Source of the DNA: Clostridia bacterium
GTDB taxonomy: Bacteria > Bacillota > Clostridia > Christensenellales > CAG-314
Direction of reading: 5' to 3'
NCBI GenBank assembly: GCA_017629595.1
Contig: JAGBWW010000027.1
Coordinates: forward strand, 1-43,503
Length of the DNA stretch: 43,503 nt
Under the pieces are notes generated by a model that was not told where the DNA came from, did no database searches, and saw only the letters and a list, made by a program, of their open reading frames with translations. How positions within the stretch are numbered: position 1 is the first letter of the stretch; the number at the start of each line of letters is the position of its first letter. Positions 7,936 to 17,569 of the stretch are shown here, piece by piece. The translations under genes and the position numbers were made by a program.

Positions 7936-10780
7936 CTAACGTATTTTCGGGGAAAATCTTTTCAACGTCTTCAATGGATACCAAAACCTTTCTAGGTTTG
8001 TTGCCTGTTTCACTTTCCGATTCTTTTTCTACGTAACCAAGTTCAACCAATCGGTCAAAAATTCTACCTGCACGGTTGAAACCTGTGTTAAGCCCACGTT
8101 GAATTGATGCAATTGATGCACGACCTTTGTTTTCGTTCAACCAATACAAGAGGGCTGTTTTCAACAAGGGGTCGTCGCCCTTTTGAGCTTTTTTATCAAC
8201 GGTTTGTTCTTGTTCTTCAATTTTACGCACCGAGAAAATTTGGTTGTAAATTTCTTCGTCGTAGAACGTTTCATTGTTTTCTTGAATAAACGCCAAAACG
8301 TCTTCAATTTCTTCCGTATCAACAAAAGCACCTTGTACACGAGTAAGGTTGGACATAGGTTCTTTGTACAACATATCGCCACGGCCAATAAGACTTTCGG
8401 CACCTGCAACGTCTAAAACGGTTTGACTGTCATGGTAGGAGGAAACTTTGAGGGCAATACGGCAAGGAAGGTTGTTTTTGATTGTACCTGTGATAATATC
8501 TACGCTTGGACGTTGTGTTGCCAAAATGATATGAATACCTGCAGCACGGGCTTTTTGTGTCAAACGTGTGATTTTGGGTTCAAATTGCTTTTTGCAAATT
8601 GTCATAAGTTCGGCAAGTTCGTCAACGACCAAAACAATGTAGTTAAGGAAATCGGTCGTATTTTTGTCGCGTTTTGCATTGTATTCGGCAATGTTTTTAA
8701 CTTTTGCGCATTTGAATACCGTAAAACGACGTTCCATTTCTTCCGTCAACCAATCCAAGGCGCTCAACGCATCGTTGGGTTCAACAATGGGTGTGCTTAC
8801 CAACAAGTGCGGAGAACGTTCGTACATGGAAAATTCTACTTGTTTGGGGTCAATAAGCAAAAATCTAAGGTATTCGGGTGAATACTTGTACATCAATGAA
8901 ATCAAAATTGTGTTTACACAAACAGATTTACCCATGTTTGTTGCACCTGCAACAAGCATATGGGGCATTTTTGTAAGATCGGCGACAATGTCGTTGCCGG
9001 CAATATCCTTACCCAAAGCATAGAACAAACCTTTGTTGTTTGGTGCAGTCTTAAATTTTTCGCTATTCATAACTGTTCTTAAAGGAACAATTGAAGGGTT
9101 GGCGTTTGCCGTATCAATACCTACGTAACTTGTACCTTCCAAGGGTGCGTAAATAATGATATCGTTGGGAGATTGCAAACATGCCTTCAAGTCTTTTGCA
9201 TATTTGTCAATTTCGCTCATTCTTGTCGTTTCCGAAAGAATATCTACAACAAAACGAGTAACCGTAGGACCGACGATTACGTCCACCACTTTTGCATTGA
9301 TTTTAAAACTTGCAAGTTTGTTTTCAATAGCTTTAATTTGTGCATCGTGATTGACTTGACCTAAATTCGTTTTGATGACTTCGTCATTTAATAATTGCAA
9401 ATCAGGTGCAATATATTTGGGGTAAACGTGACGGGCTTGACGTTTTTGATAATCGTCAGCAGAGATGATGTCAAGTCCTTCTTGATAGGCATTTTTGCCC
9501 ATAGATTTTTGTGTGGAAACAACAACGAAATCAGATGCTGTGTCAACTGCATCGTTGGGGTTTTTGTATTGTTGTTGTGTAACCTTTGACGTTTGTTGTA
9601 CAACGGGTTTTGTTTCAACGATTTTTTCTTCAATAGGCTTGGTTTCAACTTGTTGTTGAGAAATTTCTTCAACAGGTTCAAAATCCGTTACTTCAAAATC
9701 TCCGTCAGCAGAGAAATCTTCCTCAACCAAATCTTGGTAGGTAGGTTGTTTGTATTCAACAACTTCTGCTTGTTGAATAGGCTCAACTTGAAGAATAGGC
9801 TCATCACTGATAGGTTGCACGTCTTCTTCAGGGTCGGCAAACAAAATTTCTGCCGCCGTCTTTTGCTTGGGTTGTTCTTCTTGTTTGGGAGAATCAAAGT
9901 GAAAATATCCGTGTTCGTCAACGGGCTTGTCCGCATTGGGAACAATGGGTTGAGTGAGCCATTCGCCTTTGTAGCCTTCGTCGGCATCTTCTTCTTGGTT
10001 TTGTTTTGCAAGTGTAGGGAACAACGTTGCAAAATCGTCATTTTCCGCTTTAACCGTGGGCTTGGACACTTCTTCGTCAAGGTCACGATAAACGATTTGA
10101 CCATCGTCGGTGTCGTTGCCACGCAAAATTTCCCATGCAGTTTGACTTGGTTCAACAACTTCAATTTGAGGCTGAGGTTGTGCTTGTTCAATTTGAGGTT
10201 CTTGGGATTGTTCTTGCTGAATAGTCTTGTCAAATTCTCTATATCTTTGAGGAGGCATGGTTGCGTATTCGTAGAAAAATTCCACGGCAAACCACAACGT
10301 TGAGGCCAATGCCAAAATAAGCAAAATTGATGCACCCCAAATGGTCAACAAAGATACCAAAGGATAGGCGAGCAAACCAAAAAATACACCACCGATTGTG
10401 GGGAAATAATAAAAGTTGTAGCATTGTGCCAAATATGAAGCAAAGTTATCACAACTTTCAATTGCGCCGTAGGTTGTCAATACTTGAACAAGCAAAACGA
10501 TAAATACAAACATCAAAACAAAGTTTGCAACGTGCTTTCCATTTGCTTTCAATGGTCTTTTTGCCAAAGAAAATGCGCACCAAGCAATTACCGCTGCACA
10601 AATTCCATAAATGGACATACCAAAAGTACCAGCAAAAACGTTAACTACGTGCAAATAGCCATCGTTTGTGCCGATTCCAACCAAAGAACCGCTAAATGAC
10701 AAAATTGCAACAATTGATGCAACGATAATAGCCACAATATTTGAAATTTCTTTTTTGCTAAGTTTTTTCTTATCAGCCAT
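7928..10780 (-). CDS. ftsK: DNA translocase FtsK/SpoIIIE
   Basis: N-terminal TM helices, a long Q/E/P-rich linker, a C-terminal motor with Walker A GATNMGKS, and a gamma wHTH. I chose the ATG at 10780 (GGAG 7 nt upstream) over 10798. Confidence 0.95.
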   Translation of the reverse strand: MADKKKLSKKEISNIVAIIVASIVAILSFSGSLVGIGTNDGYLHVVNVFAGTFGMSIYGICAAVIAWCAFSLAKRPLKANGKHVANFVLMFVFIVLLVQVLTTYGAIESCDNFASYLAQCYNFYYFPTIGGVFFGLLAYPLVSLLTIWGASILLILALASTLWFAVEFFYEYATMPPQRYREFDKTIQQEQSQEPQIEQAQPQPQIEVVEPSQTAWEILRGNDTDDGQIVYRDLDEEVSKPTVKAENDDFATLFPTLAKQNQEEDADEGYKGEWLTQPIVPNADKPVDEHGYFHFDSPKQEEQPKQKTAAEILFADPEEDVQPISDEPILQVEPIQQAEVVEYKQPTYQDLVEEDFSADGDFEVTDFEPVEEISQQQVETKPIEEKIVETKPVVQQTSKVTQQQYKNPNDAVDTASDFVVVSTQKSMGKNAYQEGLDIISADDYQKRQARHVYPKYIAPDLQLLNDEVIKTNLGQVNHDAQIKAIENKLASFKINAKVVDVIVGPTVTRFVVDILSETTRMSEIDKYAKDLKACLQSPNDIIIYAPLEGTSYVGIDTANANPSIVPLRTVMNSEKFKTAPNNKGLFYALGKDIAGNDIVADLTKMPHMLVAGATNMGKSVCVNTILISLMYKYSPEYLRFLLIDPKQVEFSMYERSPHLLVSTPIVEPNDALSALDWLTEEMERRFTVFKCAKVKNIAEYNAKRDKNTTDFLNYIVLVVDELAELMTICKKQFEPKITRLTQKARAAGIHIILATQRPSVDIITGTIKNNLPCRIALKVSSYHDSQTVLDVAGAESLIGRGDMLYKEPMSNLTRVQGAFVDTEEIEDVLAFIQENNETFYDEEIYNQIFSVRKIEEQEQTVDKKAQKGDDPLLKTALLYWLNENKGRASIASIQRGLNTGFNRAGRIFDRLVELGYVEKESESETGNKPRKVLVSIEDVEKIFPENTLDE

Positions 10781-10827
10781 ATTAATACTCCAAGACATAT
10801 ATATAGAATAAATACATATACAAAGTA

Positions 10828-10856
10828 ATTATACAATAAAAGTCGCATTAAATCAA
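10828..10856 (-). promoter_or_regulatory. Candidate ftsK promoter TTGATT-17-TATAAT
   Basis: On the minus strand, TTGATT at 10856-10851, a 17-nt spacer, then TATAAT at 10833-10828. Confidence 0.4.
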
Positions 10857-10928
10857 TGCTATTTGGCAAAATTATGTACCAAAACAACAAAGAATTCATG
10901 CGACTTAAAAGTTGATATATTGTTAAAT

Positions 10929-12176
10929 TTATTTTAAATTTTTAAATCCGTCAAAGGCTTTTCCAACGTAAGACAAAGCATAGTTTTGAGCAAAAATTTC
11001 ATTTGCAACTGCTCTTACGTCTTCTCTTGTTACGTCTTTTACAAGTTGGACTTCCTTTTCAACGTCAAAAAGTTGCCCTTCTTTGAGCATACGTCTGGCA
11101 TTTATGGACATAACCCCTTGATTGCCCTCCAACGACATATAAAGCCCTTTTACAAGTTGGGTTTTTGCCCTTTCAAGCTCTTGCTCGGTGATGCCTTCTT
11201 GAAGCAAAAGGTTGATTTCGTCTTTTATCAATTTGTCCGTCTTTAATACGTTTTCAGGATTGACCGCAACGTAAATTTGCAAATATCCTGCATTTCTATA
11301 CGACGACTTAAAGGTGAAAACCGAATATGCCAAGCCGTGTTTTTCACGAACGCTTTGGAAAAGCCTACTGCTCATTGCACCACCCAAAACGTAACTCAAA
11401 ACGTTTAGCGCAGGCATTTTTTTGTGCATCATGGGGTAGGTGGGATAAGCATAACAAACGTGACTTTGTTCGCTTTGGCATATTTTATACAAAAATTTGT
11501 CCGAATACTGCGTTTGGTCTTCCCAATGATATTGTCCTTGATTGTTTTTGAAATTGCTTTCAAAATACTTTTCAATAAGGTTGTCCAACTTTTCTTGGTC
11601 AATTTTACCTGCAACAGAGATTATCGTATTTTTTGCACAATAAAACTTGTTCTTAAATGCCACAAGGTCTTCTCGTGAAACTTTGGAAATAATTTCAGCT
11701 GTACCACCAATGGGCATACCCAACTTTTGACCGTCAAAAATTGCTTTTGATGCCAATTCGTAGCATTTTTCGTCGGGAAGGTCTTCGTCCATGGCAATTT
11801 CTTCAATTACAACGTGCTTTTCGGCTTCCAACTGTTCTTCATCAAAAGTGCTGTTGAAATACATATCCGAAAGCATTTCCAAACACGCTTCAAAATCGTC
11901 GGCAAAACATTTAACGTAAAAGCAAGTGCTATCTTTTGAAGTATAAGCATTTACTTGCGCACCCAAGTCTTCCATTTGCTCGGAAATTTGCAACGCAGTA
12001 CGCCTTGTTGTGCCTTTAAAATTCATGTGTTCAATAAGGTGGCAAAAACCGTTTTGATGTTGTTCTTCAAAACTGCTACCAACGTTGACGTAAATGCCAA
12101 ATGAAATTGTGTATAAGTGAGGCATATTTTGTGCCACCACTTTCAAACCGCTGTCGTAAGTCTTTTTGTAAGTCAT
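10929..12176 (-). CDS. M16-family zinc peptidase (insulinase-like, MlpA/YmxG-type)
   Basis: HLIEHMNFKGT (HxxEH zinc motif). 415 aa, in the syntenic position after the deacetylase and pnp. Confidence 0.85.
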   Translation of the reverse strand: MTYKKTYDSGLKVVAQNMPHLYTISFGIYVNVGSSFEEQHQNGFCHLIEHMNFKGTTRRTALQISEQMEDLGAQVNAYTSKDSTCFYVKCFADDFEACLEMLSDMYFNSTFDEEQLEAEKHVVIEEIAMDEDLPDEKCYELASKAIFDGQKLGMPIGGTAEIISKVSREDLVAFKNKFYCAKNTIISVAGKIDQEKLDNLIEKYFESNFKNNQGQYHWEDQTQYSDKFLYKICQSEQSHVCYAYPTYPMMHKKMPALNVLSYVLGGAMSSRLFQSVREKHGLAYSVFTFKSSYRNAGYLQIYVAVNPENVLKTDKLIKDEINLLLQEGITEQELERAKTQLVKGLYMSLEGNQGVMSINARRMLKEGQLFDVEKEVQLVKDVTREDVRAVANEIFAQNYALSYVGKAFDGFKNLK

Positions 12177-12890
12177 TTATACTCCTAGTCCTATGTTTAG
12201 ACTGACGGGAATAACAGTCAATCCGTTTTCTTGATAATAAGTAAGTATTCTTCTCAACGCCTTAACCGTGCAAAGGGTTGGATGCATCAAAATCAAATCT
12301 CCCCCTTTTACGTTTTTCGTTGCTCGTTGGAAAATAAGTTCGGCGTCTTTATCTCGCCAATCAATGGTGTCTTTGCTCCATAAGATTGTAGAATATCCCA
12401 AACTTTCCGCTGCTTTGATGGTATTTTTACCAAAACTGCCCGACGGAGGAGCAAACAAAGTCATTTTGATGCCAAAAAGTTTTTCCACAAGGTTATGACA
12501 GGAAGAAATTTCATCAAAATTTGCATCATAACCTAAGTTTTTCATTTCCTTATGAAAATACCCGTGATTGCCAATTTCGTGACCGTCGGCAATAATTCGC
12601 GCCAACGTTTCTCCTTCTTTTGCCACCCAATAACCACCAACGAAAAAGGTGGTCGTAACGTTGTACTCTTGAAATATTGCCAACATTTCGTCAATATATT
12701 CGCTTCCCCAATAAACGTTGATCATCAAACTTACGCCAGACTGACTTGTTCCATTATAAATGGGATCGCTGTCGGCAAGAACGTTAATCGTTCCACCAAC
12801 GAAACCTACAAGAAGAAAGGTGGCAATTAAAACAACGAGTATTAAATTTGAAAATATATTAACAAACAATTTTTCTTTCACAAAATTCAC
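12177..12890 (-). CDS. Polysaccharide deacetylase (NodB homology domain, YlxY-like) with N-terminal TM anchor
   Basis: NodB motifs (TFFVGG, HEIGNHGYFH). The start is ambiguous: GTG at 12890, or GTG at 12881 preceded by GGTGA. Confidence 0.8.
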   Translation of the reverse strand: MNFVKEKLFVNIFSNLILVVLIATFLLVGFVGGTINVLADSDPIYNGTSQSGVSLMINVYWGSEYIDEMLAIFQEYNVTTTFFVGGYWVAKEGETLARIIADGHEIGNHGYFHKEMKNLGYDANFDEISSCHNLVEKLFGIKMTLFAPPSGSFGKNTIKAAESLGYSTILWSKDTIDWRDKDAELIFQRATKNVKGGDLILMHPTLCTVKALRRILTYYQENGLTVIPVSLNIGLGV

Positions 12891-12953
12891 CTAGTAAATT
12901 TTATGAAATATCAACCTTTGTTATGTTTTAACAAAAACATTTTGGTTGTTGAG

Positions 12954-12986
12954 ATAAAAAAAGGCTTCATAAAGAAGCCTTTTTTG
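12954..12986. terminator. pnp terminator (bidirectional-looking hairpin)
   Basis: AAGGCTTC ataaa GAAGCCTT (12961-12981), flanked by an A-run and a T-run. Confidence 0.8.
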
Positions 12987-12994
12987 TGGCAATA

Positions 12995-15109
12995 TTAAAG
13001 TTTTTTAACAAGTTTCAAATCTACGCGACCTTTTTCGTCAATTTTGATTACCTTTACTTTTACTTTGTCGCCAATGTTGACAACGTCGGTAACCTTTTCA
13101 ACGCGTTGTTTGGAAAGTTTGGAAATGTGAATCATACCGTCTTTGCCGGGTGCAAATTCCACAAATGCACCAAAGTCTAAAATGCGAACGACGTTACCCT
13201 CAAATTCGTCGCCAACTTCGGGGTCAACTGCAATTGCCAAAACCATTGCTTTTGCTTTTTTTGACATTTCTGCATCGCAAGTTGCAATGAATACCGTGCC
13301 GTCGTCTGTGATATCAATTTTGACACCTGTTTCTTCAATGATCTTATTGATTGTTTTGCCACCGCTACCGATAACTTCACGAATCTTATCAGGATCAATG
13401 CTGAAGGAAATGATTTTAGGTGCATATTTGGAAACTTCACTCTTAGGTTCAGGCAATACTTCCAACATTTTGCCCAAAATGTGCAATCTGCCGATTCTTG
13501 CTTGTTCCAATGCACGTTCCAAAATTGCTTTGTCAATGCCTTTAATTTTGATATCCATTTGGATTGCTGTGATACCTTTTGTTGTACCTGCAACTTTGAA
13601 GTCCATGTCGCCAAGGAAGTCTTCCAAACCTTGGATGTCGGACAAGATTGCGACTTTTTCGCCGTCTTGGGACTTCATAAGACCCATTGCAATACCTGCG
13701 ACGGGTGCTTTGATGGGAACGCCTGCATCCATCAATGCAAGTGTGCTACCGCAAATACTTGCTTGGGAGGTGGAACCGTTGGAAGATACTACTTCGGAAA
13801 CCGTTCTGATTGCATAGGGGAATTCTGCTTCGGAAGGCAATACGGGTTCCAATGCTCTTTCTGCCAATGCGCCGTGACCGATTTCACGTCTACCGGGGCT
13901 TCTCAAAGGTTTTGCTTCGCCTGTGGAATAACCGGGCATGTTGTAGTGATGCATATATCTTTTGAACGTTTCGTTTTCGTCAAGGTTTTCCAACTTTTGA
14001 ACTTCGGAAATTGTACCCAAAGTTGCCGTTGTGATGACTTGTGTCATACCACGAGTAAAGCAACCAGAACCGTGTACTCTGGGCAAGAAACCATTGTCAC
14101 ACCAAATAGGTCTGATTTCGTCAAGTTTTCTACCGTCGGGACGGATACCTTTGTACAAAATTTTGTTTCTTACCTTTTCTTTTGTCAATGCGTAAAGTGC
14201 ATCGCCAACGTAGGGAAGAACTGTGGGATCTTTTTCCTCAAAGTATGCTTTTGTTTCGGCATCAACTTGGTCTTGTCTGTTTTGTCTTTCAATACGATCA
14301 AAAGTATCCAAAGCCCAATCAAGTTTTTCATCGGCAAATTCTCTAACCAATTGTGCATATTGTTCGGGAACGGTGTGCAAAACGGGAACGATTTTTTCTT
14401 TGCCAATTTCTTTTTGAATAAATTCAATAAATTCGCATTGTTGTTTGATTGCTTCGTGACCAAACAAAATTGCATTGAGCATTTCCGTTTCGGAAATTTC
14501 TTCTGCACCTGCTTCAACCATCATGATTGCATCTTTTGTACCTGCAAGGTTGAGGTTGAGTTTGCTCTTTTCTTTTTGTGCTTGTGTGGGGTTGATGATA
14601 TATTCGCCATCAACGTAACCAACGACTACGCTACCTGTAGGACCTGCAAAAGGAATGTCGGAAACGCTGAGTGCGACGGAACTGCCGACCATTGCCCAAA
14701 CTTCGGGTTGGATATCGGGTTCTACCGACATTGCTGTTGCAACGACGGAAACGTCATTGTAAAATCCTTTAGGGAAAAGGGGACGGATGGGTCTGTCAAT
14801 CAAGCGAGAAGTCAAAATTGCTTTATCGCTGGGACGACTTTCACGTTTTTTATAACCACCGGGAATTTTGCCGACGGAATACATTTTTTCTTCAAAATCT
14901 ACGCCCAAAGGGAAAAAGTCAACACCTTCACGTGCGCTTTTTGCCAAAGTTGCGTTGGTCATAACAACTGTTTCGCCACATTTGACCATACAGCTGCCGT
15001 TGGCTTGTTCGGCATATTTGCCGACTTCAACTTCTACTTCTCTGCCACCGATTTCGGTTTTGAAAACGTAGTAAGTACGATTTCCAATTTGTTTTGTGAT
15101 TTTTTCCAT
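12995..15109 (-). CDS. pnp: Polyribonucleotide nucleotidyltransferase (PNPase)
   Basis: Two RNase PH domains plus KH and S1 domains. I chose the ATG at 15109 (AAAGGAG 6 nt upstream) over the ORF-track start at 15136. Confidence 0.97.
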   Translation of the reverse strand: MEKITKQIGNRTYYVFKTEIGGREVEVEVGKYAEQANGSCMVKCGETVVMTNATLAKSAREGVDFFPLGVDFEEKMYSVGKIPGGYKKRESRPSDKAILTSRLIDRPIRPLFPKGFYNDVSVVATAMSVEPDIQPEVWAMVGSSVALSVSDIPFAGPTGSVVVGYVDGEYIINPTQAQKEKSKLNLNLAGTKDAIMMVEAGAEEISETEMLNAILFGHEAIKQQCEFIEFIQKEIGKEKIVPVLHTVPEQYAQLVREFADEKLDWALDTFDRIERQNRQDQVDAETKAYFEEKDPTVLPYVGDALYALTKEKVRNKILYKGIRPDGRKLDEIRPIWCDNGFLPRVHGSGCFTRGMTQVITTATLGTISEVQKLENLDENETFKRYMHHYNMPGYSTGEAKPLRSPGRREIGHGALAERALEPVLPSEAEFPYAIRTVSEVVSSNGSTSQASICGSTLALMDAGVPIKAPVAGIAMGLMKSQDGEKVAILSDIQGLEDFLGDMDFKVAGTTKGITAIQMDIKIKGIDKAILERALEQARIGRLHILGKMLEVLPEPKSEVSKYAPKIISFSIDPDKIREVIGSGGKTINKIIEETGVKIDITDDGTVFIATCDAEMSKKAKAMVLAIAVDPEVGDEFEGNVVRILDFGAFVEFAPGKDGMIHISKLSKQRVEKVTDVVNIGDKVKVKVIKIDEKGRVDLKLVKKL

Positions 15110-15169
15110 AATTACTCCTTTCATATTTACAAACACGGCATTAACGCCGTCAGTGAATTGCGACTTAAC

Positions 15170-15206
15170 AAAAAAAAGGGGATGACAAAACCATATTGCC
15201 TTCCCC
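15170..15206 (-). terminator. rpsO terminator / pnp leader boundary
   Basis: Imperfect 11-bp stem GGGGATGACAA/TTGCCTTCCCC (15178-15206), followed on the minus strand by eight T. Confidence 0.6.
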
Positions 15207-15218
15207 TTTTATTATGTT

Positions 15219-15485
15219 TTATTTTCTGATTTCCAACTCTGCGATAATCTTTCTGTACTTTTCAATATCGGTTTGTTTAAGATAATCAAGCAAGCCTTTT
15301 CTGTGGCCGACCATTTGCATCAAACCGCGTCTTGAGTGATTGTCATTTTTGTTTGCAATCAAGTGTTTTTGCAAGTGGTTGATACGTGCTGTCAAAAGTG
15401 CGATTTGAACTTCGGGAGAACCTGTATCGCCTTCTTTTCTAGCAAATTTTGCCACGATTTCTTGTTTATTGATTTTATCGGACAT
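15219..15485 (-). CDS. rpsO: 30S ribosomal protein S15
   Basis: 88 aa with a canonical S15 sequence. AGGAGG RBS. Confidence 0.97.
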   Translation of the reverse strand: MSDKINKQEIVAKFARKEGDTGSPEVQIALLTARINHLQKHLIANKNDNHSRRGLMQMVGHRKGLLDYLKQTDIEKYRKIIAELEIRK

Positions 15486-15576
15486 TGTTTTTTCCTCCTT
15501 ATTTATTTTCGCCTTGCACCAAGTTGAACGTCGGAGTCGTCAATCAACGTAGCGTAAGGTAAATTGTTTGATTGTG

Positions 15577-17565
15577 TTATTCGGAAACAACTTCTTCTTG
15601 AGGTTGTTCTTCTTGTTTTTCTGCGTTTTCAGGTTTGGGCAAAACTGCGCGTCTAGACAATGTGATGCGTTTGTTTTCGCCGTCAAATTCAACAACTTGT
15701 ACTTCAAGTTCGTCGCCGACTTTCAAAACTGTGTTGATGTCTTCAATCCAATCCCAAGATACGTTGGAGATGTGAAGCAAACCGTCAATGTTTTTGTCAA
15801 GTTCAACAAATGCGCCGAAAGGCATAATTCTTGCAACTTTGCCTGTTACGACGTTGCCAACTGCAAATTTTTCTGCTGCCAAAACCCAAGGTTGGGGTTG
15901 AAGTTGTTTATAACCGAGAGAAACTCTGTTCTTTTCTCTGTTCAAGGAAAGAACTACGAATTCATAGGTGTTGCCAATTTCCAACACTTCTGCGGGAGAA
16001 TCGATGCGTGTCCAAGACAAGTCGGAAGAGTGTGCCAAGCAGTCAAAGCCACGTACAGAGATAAATGCGCCAAAGGATGCAAAGCGAAGAACTTTACCTT
16101 CAACAATTTCGTCAACTTCAATGTTGTTCCAAAATTCGTCTTCTTTTGCTTTCTTTTCTGCAAGCAAAATTTGTTTTTGACTTGCGGAAATAAGTTTCTT
16201 TGCGTCATCAACTTTATCGGCAGAAGATACCAAACGAAGTTCTTTACCAACGTACTTTTCGTAATCTTTGCAATAACCGATTTTGATTTGAGATGCGTGT
16301 ACAATTACCGTATAGCTACCGATCTTACCAACAAGACATTCTTTGCCGGATTTGATCATTTTGCATGTGAATTGTTCGCCGTTTTTGATGCTTTCTACAA
16401 ATTGGTCGTCCTTGTTTCTTTCGTCAATGACTTTTTTGGAAAGAACAATACCTTTGTCTGTAGAGATAACGGAACATTCCAATTTATCGCCTACTTTAAT
16501 TGCTTTTTTGCATTCTTGCCAATTTTCGATTGCAATTTGTTCGTTGGGGACTGTTGCGTCAGATTTCCAATAGGGAATTGTGACTGTCAAACCGTCGTCG
16601 TTAATTGCTGCTACACGGCAATTTACTTTTTGACCAACATGATACTTTTTGCCTTCCGGTATTTTTGCTACCGCCTCTGCAAACAATGCGCCGTTTTTGT
16701 CGGCTACATTTTCAGTTGAAACTACTTCAACCTTTTCTTTTGCACCGTTTTCCATTCTTACTAAAACCTCCTCAATCAACTCCTGTGGAGCTGAAGTGCC
16801 TGAAATGATACATACATTTTTTTTGTCAAGAAAAATCTTTTCATCAATTTTGCCGTCGTCCGTCCAAACCACGTTGGAACAAACTTGGTTTACCACACGA
16901 AACAACTTGTTTGTGTTGGAACTTTTTTTGTCACCAATCAAAATGGTAAGGTCGCACTTTTCAGCCAAATCTTTGGCAGATTTTTCCCTTCGTGTTGTAG
17001 TATAACAAATTGTGTTGAAAATAACAAGTGATTTAACCCCGTCTTGAACAAGATTTTGCAAAGATTTTTCAACGTTGCTTTCTAAAAAGGTACTTTGAAA
17101 AACCACTGCAACATTTTCATAATTAGACAAATCAACCTTGTTTTGCCCGTTTGTTACCATTGCACTGTTGTTGCACCAACCGTTTATGCCAACTACTTCG
17201 GGGTGTTTTTCTTCGCCAAAAATAACAATTTGAAAACCATCTTCGTAATGCTTTTTGACGATGTTTTGAATATTTTTTACCACCTTGCAAGTGGTATCAA
17301 CAATAGAAATACCGTTATCTTGGCAATAATCAAAAATTGCTTTGGTAGCACCGTGCGCACGGATAATGAGCGTTGCTCCTTTTGGCACTTTGCAAACGTC
17401 GTCAACAACGGTAATTTTTTTAGCAATTTTTTGCATAATCACGTCGTTATGCACCAAGGCACCCAAACAATAAACGTTGGGCGTGTCCATTAAGTTGTAG
17501 GCTGTTTGCACGGCGTTTTTAACCCCTGCACAAAAGCCGATGTCATAAGGAATATGAACTTTCAT
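15577..17565 (-). CDS. ispH: Bifunctional 4-hydroxy-3-methylbut-2-enyl diphosphate reductase (IspH) fused to four S1 RNA-binding domains
   Basis: The N-terminal ~280 aa carry the IspH cysteines (GFCAGV, DTTCKVV, NTICYTT). The C-terminal ~380 aa are repeated S1 domains. The start at 17565 (MKVHIPYD) aligns with IspH N-termini; the ORF-track start is 17583. Confidence 0.9.
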   Translation of the reverse strand: MKVHIPYDIGFCAGVKNAVQTAYNLMDTPNVYCLGALVHNDVIMQKIAKKITVVDDVCKVPKGATLIIRAHGATKAIFDYCQDNGISIVDTTCKVVKNIQNIVKKHYEDGFQIVIFGEEKHPEVVGINGWCNNSAMVTNGQNKVDLSNYENVAVVFQSTFLESNVEKSLQNLVQDGVKSLVIFNTICYTTTRREKSAKDLAEKCDLTILIGDKKSSNTNKLFRVVNQVCSNVVWTDDGKIDEKIFLDKKNVCIISGTSAPQELIEEVLVRMENGAKEKVEVVSTENVADKNGALFAEAVAKIPEGKKYHVGQKVNCRVAAINDDGLTVTIPYWKSDATVPNEQIAIENWQECKKAIKVGDKLECSVISTDKGIVLSKKVIDERNKDDQFVESIKNGEQFTCKMIKSGKECLVGKIGSYTVIVHASQIKIGYCKDYEKYVGKELRLVSSADKVDDAKKLISASQKQILLAEKKAKEDEFWNNIEVDEIVEGKVLRFASFGAFISVRGFDCLAHSSDLSWTRIDSPAEVLEIGNTYEFVVLSLNREKNRVSLGYKQLQPQPWVLAAEKFAVGNVVTGKVARIMPFGAFVELDKNIDGLLHISNVSWDWIEDINTVLKVGDELEVQVVEFDGENKRITLSRRAVLPKPENAEKQEEQPQEEVVSE

Positions 17566-17569
17566 TTGA

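Noticed and set aside
13481-15229. 582-aa plus-strand ORF, and similar ones at 1941-2870, 9593-10303, 15568-16719, 19644-20516, 22923-23621, 28710-29441, 31199-31828, 33964-34692 and 35633-36262, considered as possible novel overlapping genes
   Set aside because: All are exactly codon-aligned antisense to well-conserved minus-strand genes. Their products are low-complexity and F/C/N/V-rich, and they have no RBS. They are fully explained by avoidance of TTA/CTA/TCA in the sense genes.
15486-15576. Possible S15 autoregulatory leader upstream of rpsO
   Set aside because: Some imperfect pairing exists (TTGAACG/CGTCAA, CCTTGC/GCGTAAGG). I cannot match it to a known S15 leader fold or find a clear promoter by eye, so I leave it uncalled.
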